NCBI GenBank assembly: GCA_004431415.1
Contig: QPMI01000633.1
Location: 1-64,000 of the forward strand
Direction of reading: 5' to 3'
DNA length: 64,000 nt
Origin: Cyanophora paradoxa CCMP329
Lineage: Eukaryota; Plantae; Glaucophyta
Shown here piece after piece: positions 43,048 to 53,600 of this stretch (the first letter of the stretch is position 1; each line of letters opens with the position of its first letter). Under the pieces are notes generated by a model, which saw only the letters and a program-made list of their open reading frames with translations, had not been told where the DNA came from and did no database searches. The position numbers were made by a program, and so were the translations under genes.

Positions 43048-43369
43048 TCACTGTTCGCGATCAATGCACGTTTGGGGTCATTGTGCAAGTGCACGTGAGC
43101 TCGCGATCGTGCACACGGCTAGAAGGCACCCGCAGCGCAGTGATCAGCGAACGTTAACGGGAGCCGCTGATCCGTCATGAGCGGGCCCTGCGGGATTTCG
43201 CAGCAGGCCTATGGGGGGAGCACACTTGGGTGCCTGGCCATGGCACACTGCCATCACCGGTAGCCCGGCGCCGGCAGCGCTAGCTATAGCGCCAGCTGCA
43301 GCGCAGCGCTAACGCTTGCAATTGTGCGGCCGGGCCGGGCGCTAGCGCTCCGCTTCGATAATGCGAGAT

Positions 43370-43514
43370 TGTTGCCACTCCACTACGTACCCTTTTGCAC
43401 CACGTAGCAGAATCGAGTTGGACGGGCCTATTACATGATTGCCGGGGCCCCGTGCCCAAATCCGCTTTGGGCACGTCGGGGCTAGGGCGCGTCGTGCCCA
43501 AAGGCCTGGGCACG
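43370..43514 (+). repeat. Left terminal inverted repeat of the Ginger-like transposon
   Basis: TGTTGCCACTCCACTACGTACCCTTTTGCACC...; reverse complement of 47020-47164; contains internal GTGCCCAAA/TTTGGGCAC palindromes. Confidence 0.95.
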
Positions 43515-44404
43515 GCGGGTAGAGCAGCGTCGTGCCCAAGTCGTGCCCCGCGATGGCGGGAGAGCAGCCTGGCAGCGCGGCAGGCGGGGGCGTGCAGGCT
43601 CCAACTATGTGGTCGTTCTGTGTGTACTTGCATAGCGAAGTTGGCAATCCAGCGGAGTGCTTGCCGACGATGGGCAACATGGTCCCAGCACCGCTCATAC
43701 CGTCGGCGGAGCCCATATTCAGGAAGCTGGTAGACAGGAAGCTTCTTCGTCCGGAGAGTAGTAGCTTCTCCTAGTAGCAGTCCTAGTAGCTCTACTAGCA
43801 TTGATAGTGTTGCTCTATTAGGGTTTTTGCAGCGTATCTTCCTTAGAATTGGGTCGTGCACTGGTCGTGCCCGGCTCGTGCCCAAACATGCCCAAATGTG
43901 CCCCGTCATGCCCAAACCGACTTGATCCTGAATTTAGCAGTGATTGACGTCGCGGAGCACGATTGCGCATTGAACTGCACATTTGCCATGTGAACTTAAC
44001 AGTATTGATATTTTACAACGTTTTGATGAAGAAAGGCGATGCGAAGAACTTCAGCATGACATGTTCCGCGTCGCTCAGAAGTCTGACCATCGGACTCGCA
44101 TCATGATGTGAAGCCAAGGGTCATGAACTCATGATGAGGCCTCGAAGACCTGAAGCAGTTCCGACCCGTCCGAGAGGCCGCACAAGTTGAATTTGAGAAT
44201 GCTGAAGCCTTGTTTAACTCGTATTCATGAAGCTTCATGGTTCGCTCCCTCTTTACCGGTTTCTGCTACTTGCTCGTGCCCACGTCATGCCCAATCGTGC
44301 CAAGTACGTGCCCAGACGAAGTTCGGACATGCTCAAGGAGGGCACGACTCGGAAACTCTTTCACAACGAAAGGCTATTCCAAAATCGATCGTAAACTGGC
44401 TGCA

Positions 44405-46969
44405 CTACTTGGCATTAGAGGGGCCCGCCTCAGCCTCAGGCTCGGCGGGGCCAGCCGCGGCCTCTGCCGCGGCAGCGGCCTCCTTCTCGGCGCTCTTCTG
44501 TACTTTCTTCCAAGGTTTCTGGATGCAAGAGCGGTTCTTGCACGCGTCCCTCCCCGACTTCTTGTGGCACTTTGACGAGCAGATGATGTCTTCGTACTTG
44601 CAAATGCACTTCTTGTTCGTGCAGCCAGTCGTGCAGTTGCAGATCTTGCTCGGCCTGTCGATTTCGATGGCGCACCAGTCAAAGAACGCTTTTCTGCCAG
44701 GCAAGACATGGCAGTCAGAGCGCTGAGAAAGAATGCTGGAGGAAGACGGACCTGAGGGTTACAGGTTCGGTGCTGGCGGCGGTGATGCTCTCGATGAGAT
44801 GCTTGAACCCGGCAAAGCCGCCGGTCTCGCCTGGAGGGGCAGGATGCCGCATAGAGCACACTTCGTCGGCCTGGAAGAGGCGGGGCTGAGAGTCGTCATC
44901 GTTGCGCTGGACTATACCGGCAGCAGTCTTGAGGATGTACTTGTTGAAGCCCGTGCCGACCGCAGCAATGACCGCGTGCACCATTGCGGGCATGCGGGCC
45001 TCGTCCAGGGCACGCGGATCGCAGTCCTTCACGCTGATGGATACCAGCTGCGCGCCCAACGTGAGCTCCATTGTCGTGTCCAAATGGTGCTCAAAACCAT
45101 ACCCAAACGTGCCTCGCGGGGCACGTTTGAGTATGATTTGGGCACGTCGGAGCATGGGGTTTGGGCATGACAGAGACGCACGTCGCCGACTGCAAGGTTG
45201 GCGATCTCCCCGGCTCTCTTGCGGGCGAAGTCAATCATCCTGTTCCTGTACGCCGAGAGACGATCGTTCAGGACCCTACGTAAGCCTTGTACTTCTCGTG
45301 CTCCTTCTGCGGGAACAATGTCAGTGCCGACAGCCATTAACGTAAACAGGACATAGCGAACCATGAAAGCGATCGGCATCCCCTCGATGGTGCCACGACG
45401 GAAGCCGCCTTTGAGATGGCGCTCTGCGGAGTCCAAGTACTGCTCCGATTCCTTAGATTCTCCTCCTCCATGTCCTTCACATACTTGTCCCAGAGGATCT
45501 GCTGCTTGTCGGTGGGCACCCAGCTGTCCCGGGCAGCTGCAGCCTCAACATCTTCGTCCGTGCCGACATCGACAGTGATTCCCGCATCCTGCACGACGGG
45601 CATGGGAGGGAGCAGCATCAAAGCGTTCAAGAAGGCCTAGGGAGGTGTGCACCTTCATGAGCTCCTGGAGCGTAGTGCCCTGCACGACCTCCCGCTCGTT
45701 GTAGACACGATCAGAGGAGGCGGGAGCCAGGTTTCCGAATCGCTCGGACGGATCTCTGTTGAACATGACCTTGAAAGGCGTCTGCTTGTGCCCCTTGGTG
45801 AAGATGGATGTGTTCATCTGCCACTGGACCTGTGCCTGGGTTGGTTGCAGGGCGCGAGCATGTCGGCACGGTCATACCGGGCCAGGGCGGACACCCAGTC
45901 TTTCGTTCCGTTGAAGAAGCAGTACGCAGTGACTCGGCGGCCGAGCGTCCGGTTCGCGCGCTCCACAGAACCTGCAAAACACGGTCATACCCGAACATGC
46001 TCAAACATGCTCGGCACGTGCTCAAAAAGATCGTTGGGCACGATTGAGCATGATGTTGGGCATGTCGCGGGCATGACGCGGGCATGGCGGGGGCATGGCG
46101 AACCTTGGTGCCAGGGACGGTAAGGCGCGCCGGTGATGATCACTATCTTGCGCCCCGTCACTCGCTGCCATTGCTTGCACGTCGAGCGAACAACCTGCGT
46201 CCACTTTCAGCTGATATGACGCCCTAGGCAGACGTCCAAATGTACCCTGTTTACGAACTCGGACCCGTTGTCGTGATGCAGCACTTGTGGGACTCCATCA
46301 CCTGGAAAATCTCGACAAGAGCCTGTGCGACGCACCAGGCGGCCTTGAATTCCAGCGGCCTCAGGATGCTGCCTTCATGTCCCGCTCCCAGACCAGCGCG
46401 TTGTAGCGTTCCGTCTCGTCGAGTGCGCGCTCCGCGTTGGGATTCCCCTGCTCGTCCTGCATGTCCTTGTGCTTCCGGAATGGCGCTAATTCGTTGCACG
46501 CCTTTATGAACTCTTCGTACGTCCAGCGCACGGTGTGCCGCGTGCTGGTCGTTTCCTCGCTGGGCGCTGCGCCGCCGTCCGAGCCGTCCGATTGCCGCTG
46601 GGTCGCAGCAGTTGGTGCCCTACGCTGCTCCGGAGGGACGACATACGCGCCAGGCGGCGGGACAGCTGCTGCCGTGCTGTTCCCGCCACCATTGCTTGAA
46701 CTGCTCGAAGGCCCCGCGCGTGCCTGCTGGAGCTGATCTAAGAGAGATCTAGCAAGATGCCCGCCAGGACAATGGCCGCGGTGGCCCTCCTTGTGATCGC
46801 AGTCGCAGCTCGAGAACGACGAGATCAGCTGCTCGATGTGGCAGGTACACTTGCGGCCGCACCACGCGCGACCCGCGAGCACAGCTGTCTGTAGCGCGAA
46901 GCTGCAGAAGACGCAGAACTGCAGAATCTGGCCGGCCGCCTGAATCTCCTCCGGCGACAGGCCCAACAT
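44405..46969 (-). pseudogene. Intron-containing DDE integrase/transposase, frameshifted, first catalytic Asp region apparently missing
   Basis: ILRPLEFKAAWCVAQALVEIF / GVPQVLHHDNGSEFVN / TGAPYRPWHQG|SVERANRTL..TKDWVSAL / KQTPFKVMFNRDP / C-terminal CNCTTGCTNKKCICKYEDIICSSKCH; frame changes near 46370 and 46297. Confidence 0.8.
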
Positions 46970-47019
46970 CGCTGCAGCTGTCTGGGCTCTAACACCTGTC
47001 GTGCCCAACACAAAGCTTA

Positions 47020-47164
47020 CGTGCCCAAGCCTTTGGGCACGACGCGCCCTAGCCCCGACGTGCCCAAAGCGGATTTGGGCACGGGGCCCCGGCAATCATG
47101 TAATAGGCCCGTCCAACTCGATTCTGCTACGTGGTGCAAAAGGGTACGTAGTGGAGTGGCAACA
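47020..47164 (-). repeat. Right terminal inverted repeat of the Ginger-like transposon
   Basis: ...GGTGCAAAAGGGTACGTAGTGGAGTGGCAACA; reverse complement of 43370-43514. Confidence 0.95.
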
Positions 47165-47663
47165 GAGATGAGATCATGAGCTCAGGGGGGTACCGCCGTA
47201 CAAGGGCCTAGGAGCCGTCGACGTACCGGCGGTACCTCACGGTACCGGTACGTCAATTCGGCAATGATGTCGATTCTAGCGTGCGCCGGGCGTAGTTGGC
47301 CCCGTTCGCATGCGCAGCGCCCACGCGTACGGCCGGCCGCGGCGCGCGCGGCGGGCACGCGGCGCGGCAATTGCATCCGATCCGCAGCTTCGATCAGCCG
47401 CGCGCTGAGCAGCGCAAGTCGCGAGTCTCGCGACGCCGGCGGTTACGCACACAGCTGGTGGAGCGCTTCGCTAGTCGCGCTCGCACGCGCCTGGTCCGAG
47501 GCTCGGATGCTGCAGCCTGCAGCTGGCAGGCTGCAACCGGCGGCGCCGCGGGTTAGCTTCTAGATTCGCCCGCATCCGATCTAGATCTCGAGCTCCGAGG
47601 CTCGATCTGGGCGGCCAAAGCTGCCGCTGAGCGCTGCAAAGCGGCCACGGGGATCATCCTTGG

Positions 47664-50600
47664 ATGCCAACTGCAATTAGCTGCAGGATGTCATGGCCAT
47701 CGGATGAGAAGCTAGCAGCACGTGCACGTGCAGCGCGCCAGCCAGAACTTCAGCACGCGTACGATATCGATCGCGGTCGGCATTGCGACCTCGTGCTTGT
47801 GCGTGCGCCTCCCGATCGGTGTCCACGCACGTCGCCAGCTGCAGTGCTCGGCGCCGGTGGCCAGCGCTGTTGCGACCGCTGCGGCCGCGGCCGAGCCCTC
47901 GGCGTGCGCGTGCCGATTCTACTTGCCGCTGTCATCTTGCACGGGCTGCAGGCGTCATGGCCCGCCCCCGCCCTGGCCGCCGCTCCTCTCGGGGCCCGTA
48001 GCACCGGCCCTTACGCGTCGAATCAGGCGCGCGTCTCCTCTCCGCCCGCGCCCGCCGCCCGCCCGCGCCATGGTTCCTGTCTCGCGTTCTAACCGATGTC
48101 CAATTCCCTGTGCAGTTCTGTGCAGATGCCGGATCAGGGGGGTGGAACATTGGTGAGCTCCGGCACCGCCCACGGCTAGCTTTCTCATTTCCCGTTTTCC
48201 ATAGCGATCTATTACGATCATGAGACGATCGATGCCCCTTCCACTTCATTTTCCCCTCTCCCTCCTTTCCACTCGCGATCGTCCTCCGGGGATCCTTTCT
48301 AACCTACGCTGGCCTTCGCCGCTTCGCCCCCCCCCGCCCCCCCCCCCCCCCCCCGCCCCGCCTCTCCCCAAACCCGCCCTACTTGTAGATCTTGCCCAGA
48401 AGCTTCCCCCGCCCCTCCCCCCCTCCCCCCCCTCCCCCCCTCCTCCTCCCCCCCCCCCCCCCCACACACACACACACACCCTCCGGACCCCCCACCCCAC
48501 CCCGCTCCTCCCTTCCCGCTCCTCCCTTCCCCCTCCTCCTTTCAAACCCGCCTCCTCCCCCTTCCCCCTTGTCGCCTAGCATTGTGAGCACGTGTACGTG
48601 ATGCGCCTTTGCCTCAGCAAGTCCTACCGTCATTCGGGTGAGATCCACGACACTCACCGTGAGCCAGCAACCGTCTTACGTTGAGGATTCTCCTCCAACC
48701 ATCCCATACGGTTCGTCATATCGATGTCGCCCCGCTGCCCCGAAAGCTGCCTTAGCGCTAGCCCCAACCCCCGTGGCCAACCCCGGCCCGCGGCCGGTCC
48801 TTGCGTGCTCGTGATCGCGTAGGCCCGAACTCGTGGGGTGGCTTCTACGGCACGTACCCCAACGCCTCCAATCCCATGTACTCCTCCCCGGCTTGTTCCT
48901 TGGTCTACGTTGCGCCAAGCCAGAACTCGGACATCGTGCGCCGGCCCGTCCTCTCCCTGCAGCCGGCCGAGGTCTTGATCAAGAATTGACCTCGCGATTG
49001 TCCGCGATCGTGATCAGCTCGTTCTGGGCTTCACTTTCCTGGACTTGGAATTCCCTGGCGATACGGTGACTGTTTACGATGTCACAGGTTTTCATCTTCC
49101 CCCCCCCCCCCCCCCCCAATCGAAACCTGGCTTCGCAAATGACCGATCGACGGCCGGCAGGGGTATCCGACGCGCAGCTGAACACGCTCAGCGTATTGAT
49201 CAATCCTTCCACCTACACAGCCCTCCTTCCCCCTCCCCTGACGTTTCCCCCGCCCCTCCTTCGCGTCTCGGGTTCGCACACGTTCTCGACTCTGAGCATC
49301 TTTATTTTGGCTGATTCGTTTTCATAATCAGGTAACGGCACGGTGCCAGCCCTCATGATCCAAAAGAAGAACACAAGTCCTGCTAAGTACTTGGTCGTTT
49401 TTGCAGTGGACAACGATGTTCAGGTCAGCCTTGAGTTTCATGAATTGAATCGATCTGCCTCCTCGCGATTCTAGATCTGATGCCGCCGCAGTTCGACGGC
49501 TTCGGCATCTTCCTCCTCGCGGGCTCCTGGAACTGCCGGAACGACGTCGTGACCACTCTCACCGAGCCCTCCAACTTTTTCCTCGGGGGCTCTGGCAACG
49601 CGTATTCGGCTGTTAGGGCCGGCAGCGCGGCGTCGCCCATCGTATGTCGCTGGCTCGTGGACGTCTCGAAGCAAAACCCCGCGGACGGCATTGCCTTCCA
49701 GCTCCACTCGAACGCGCTGCAGCCTGGGGACCTCTTGCGAAGCGCGCTCTCCTTTTACCCCTCTTTATGCATACCTGATCCTGACTTTGAGTATGGCGAC
49801 AGTTTACGATGGCCCGAATGAGTCGGCACCAGTTCTGCGAGAGTGGACCGCGAGCGGCTCGGCCGTGAACGTCACATCTGGCTCGCGGGTGCTGATGGTC
49901 ACCTACACTTCCCGCCTCAACAACACGCTCCGGTTCAACGCGTCCTACGTCCGGCGTGAGTCTCTCCAATTAATATTTACGATCCATCATACATGGCTTT
50001 AATTTGAGTTGACCCTTTTCGCGTCGTTTCAGTCACGTGTCCGGCTTGCATGAACGGCGCAACCTGCCGAAATGGAACCTGCACGTGCCGGCCAGGATTT
50101 GCTGGAACGCTGTGCAATATCGCAGATCGTAAGCGACGCTGCTGCTTTCGAATTCATAATCAACCTTCCGACCTTACGGCAGAAGTGGCTGTGTCGAACA
50201 CAGTCCCCGGCTGGACGTGTCACATCCAGCATTACAACAGCAGGTAAGCTTGGCTCTTGGTCGCCGTGCATAACTCCCTCCCTCCGCGACACCCCCCCCC
50301 CCCCCCCAACCCCCAACCCCCAACCCAACCCAACCCAACCCTGTCTCTTTCGAACTCGCCTGAATGCGAGCTCCAGCGACGGCTGTGACTGCGGTTGCGG
50401 AGGTGAGCACGGCTGAACAGATATCGATATCCTGACTTGCTGTGATATCGATGTTCGTATTGAATATGCGAGCGAACGCGTAGCATATGACTTTGTATGC
50501 CTGCCACTCTGTAAGCAGCCTTGATTCTATACAATGATTGTTAGGGGTACAACCTTCAGTCTTCTTTCGCGCGAAGCAGTGAAGATGTGTCGCGTGGCTC

Positions 50601-53600
50601 GTCGTGGGAGGGGCCCTAGCTGGGCCCCTCTGGTGGTCACACTTGTTCTCGTCGTCGTCGTTTTCAGCCTCTTGGCGGCCTGCGCGGAGGCGGGGTCGAA
50701 CAAGAAGGGCAAGTCTTCCGCAACGGGCTCCCGCAAGACAGCCCGTCCGCGGCCGACCGCATCCGCCCAGCCACGAGCTCGCCGTTCCACGCGTGTGACC
50801 GAGGCGGCGGACTCCGGCGGCGAGGACAACGGTTCGGCGCCTACTCCAACGCCAAGTGGCCGTCAGTCAACCAGCAACAAGCGCAAGGCGCCAGCCGCCC
50901 CGGCAGTCGAAAACCGCACCAGTGACGGCGTTCCGGATCCGGAGCCATTTTCCGAGGACGAGGAGGATGTGATTGCCGGCGTGCAGCGTCGTGAGCAGTT
51001 CGGCGGTGCAGCCACACGAGAGGAAGCTCTTGCCGCACAGATGTTCCCGAATCTCGAGGTGCCGGTTCCCGACCAGCCAGGACCCAGCCGGCACACTCGG
51101 CACCGCCGCGGCCCGGTTCCCGTCGTCAACGCCACAACAGCCCCTGCCGGTGAGCTTAATGAGTACATTAAGAAGCAGATTCAGCAAGGCATAGACCGAG
51201 GGGTAGAGTCCATCCGTGAGCACCAGCATCAAATCGCTCAGGAGCAGCAGCGCGAACAGCATGAAGCGATGCAGCTTAAGAATACCTGGCTTCGGGAGTT
51301 TGCGTTCCAGCTGATACAGCTGCGTTTCCAGCTCAAGGGCTCCTCTCGTGTGTCGCCTGTGCAGCAACCCTCAAAGCGTCTTTGAAGCAGCTCGAGGAGC
51401 TTAAGAAGAAGATAGATATCCGCGACAAAGGCGGCGATAAGACAGCCGAGGCGCTCGCAGCTGTGCCGGAGGAGCACCGCGCACAGACCGCGTCGATGGC
51501 GTACGCGCTTCGTGTGGCTGGCGTCGGCGCCGGTAATTCGTATGCACCAGCTGAGCGCCAGCCGTCTAGCTATCGGCCCCCGCAGCGGCAGCGCGTCGAA
51601 CGCGAGCAGGCGCCCACCGCCCAGCGGAACGGCGGCGCTTGCTTTAGGTGCAACCAGCACGGCCACCATGTGAAGGATTGCACCAACCCGCCGCGCCCGG
51701 ATTGGCGCGAGAAGAAGTAGGCGGCTTCCTGTGCCCAGCCTTTCGGGCGCAGCTGTAGAGTGCTAGGATTTTCGTTTTCGTGTGGCCCCAGACTTGGCAT
51801 GTGCATGTGCTCGTAGCTGTGCTGTGCTGTGTGTGTGCCATGAAGGAATAAATCTGGGCTTTCTTATGTGTGTTTGAGCTTGCATTGCATGTGTGGTGAT
51901 GGGTCTGTGGTGAACACTAGCTTGGCAATTGCAATGTGCATGACCTTGTGATCGTTTCAAATTTGCCATAGTTTACAAGGCCTTGTAACTACGAATTTTG
52001 CGTAAGCTTTGAGCATCACAACTTTGTGGCCATAAGTGCCACCTGGATGACTCCAACCTGGTGCGAGCCCAGCCAATCCCCAACAGCCTGACCTCTTCTC
52101 GTCCTAGGTCACATCAGGCTGCGGTCGAGTTGCCGAGTTCCTGGCCAGCAACGGCCATCTCGTGTGTCGCTATCGCGCGCTGGGTGCTCAGATCTAATCA
52201 TTTGGTATCGCAGGTGTGGAGGAAATCATCTCTTGGTATTCAGGTGTGTCTCCCAATTTCCTATTCTGTTCCGCAGGTTGGCGCATTCATCCAGAGGTGT
52301 GCATGCTGGACAAGTTTTGAAGCATTCAAGAGAACAAGTTGTGTACTTGCATGAGTCCATATGTGTGTGCTGTGCATGCTGTGATGTGCCTTCATTCAAG
52401 AACTTCGCGCATCCACCGTGGAGGTGAACGTCAGGTGTTGTGACAAGTTCGTACCTGTGACACGCTCACTATTAAAAACTTCATGATCAGACTTGGCTTA
52501 GAATTGCTTAGAAGCAAGGCTGCTTGTGGCAGGCATACTATTGAATATGCGAGCGAACGCGTAGCATATGACTTTGTATGCCTGCCACTCTGTAAGCAGC
52601 CTTGATTCTATACAATGATTGTTAGGGGTACAACCTTCAGTCTTCTTTCGCGCGAAGCAGTGAAGATTCCTTACGTTCGCGTGTCACAGCCGCCCTCCAG
52701 CGTACCAGCTCCAGCTCCAACTCAGCTCCAGCTGCAGCTTGAGCCAGACTCAACTGCAGCTCAGCCTGTCAGCTCGTGTCGTTGATAAGATGTGGCGACA
52801 ATTTAAGGCCTCAAGCCCACTTCCCATGCGCTTGTGACTTTTAGCCACCAGGTTCTTTTGTGGCGTCCTGCATCCGTGAGGCCTGGTCCCAGTGGAAGGA
52901 GATTGGTGCCAACTATGTGGTGTTGTCATGGATACGTGACGGTTTCCCGCTGACTGGGGCCCGCAATCTGCCACCGGAGCATCGGTGTAATCACAAGTCT
53001 GCAGCCGAGGATCACAGGGATTTTGTGCGGACGGAAATTCAGAAACTCTTGCGCACCGGGGCCATTCGTGAAGTCCAACAGCACGAGGCGAACATTGTGT
53101 GCTCCTTGTCCGTGGTCCCGAAGAAGACTGGCTCCAAACTTCGTTTGATCTGGGACGGTCGACCCACCAATCAAGGTCTACCAGATCGGAAATTTCGATT
53201 TGAGACTCTTGAGCATGTGGCAGCAATGCTCCGTCAAGGGTGGTACATGTTCACCATTGACCTAGAGTCTGGCTATCACCACGTGCCAGTGGCGGAGCAA
53301 GATTGGCGCAACATGGGCTTCTCTTTTGACAGCAAGTACTATGTCTATACGGTTTTGCCCTTCGGCCTTCGACACTCGCCTTTTGCATTCGTCAAAATTA
53401 TGCGGCAAGTGGTCAACTATTTCAGGAAACTGGGCATCTTTGTTGTCAACTATGTGGACGATTGGTGGTTTGCGGCTCCTACTTTCTTAGAGGCCTGTAA
53501 GCTGCGAGACTTTGTGCTGGCTACATTTAAACGGCTTAAGTTGGTGGTCAACAGCAAGTCAGCGCTTACCCATCTCAGTCAGTGGCTTTCCTGGGCTTCA

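Larger units (their letters stand above)
43370..47164 (-). mobile_element. Ginger2/TDD-like (KRBA2/SCAND3-type integrase) DNA transposon, internally damaged
   Basis: Ends TGT...ACA; 145-bp TIRs (43370-43514 / 47020-47164, one mismatch); GAGAT duplicated at 43365-43369 and 47165-47169; retroviral-integrase-like coding remnants inside. Confidence 0.88.

Noticed and set aside
43370-47164. Polinton/Maverick or LTR-element integrase
   Set aside because: Only 3.8 kb, with TGT termini and a 5-bp TSD; no pPolB, capsid or RT.
48320-48570. Polyproline-coding ORFs or a functional repeat in the C-rich tract
   Set aside because: Looks like low-complexity intronic poly-C/CA sequence; homopolymer lengths may also be unreliable.
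50458-52667. LTR retrotransposon with A1/A2 as LTRs
   Set aside because: No TG..CA ends, PBS, TSD or DDE integrase; RT lies outside the A pair; the YR and B repeats indicate the DIRS order.
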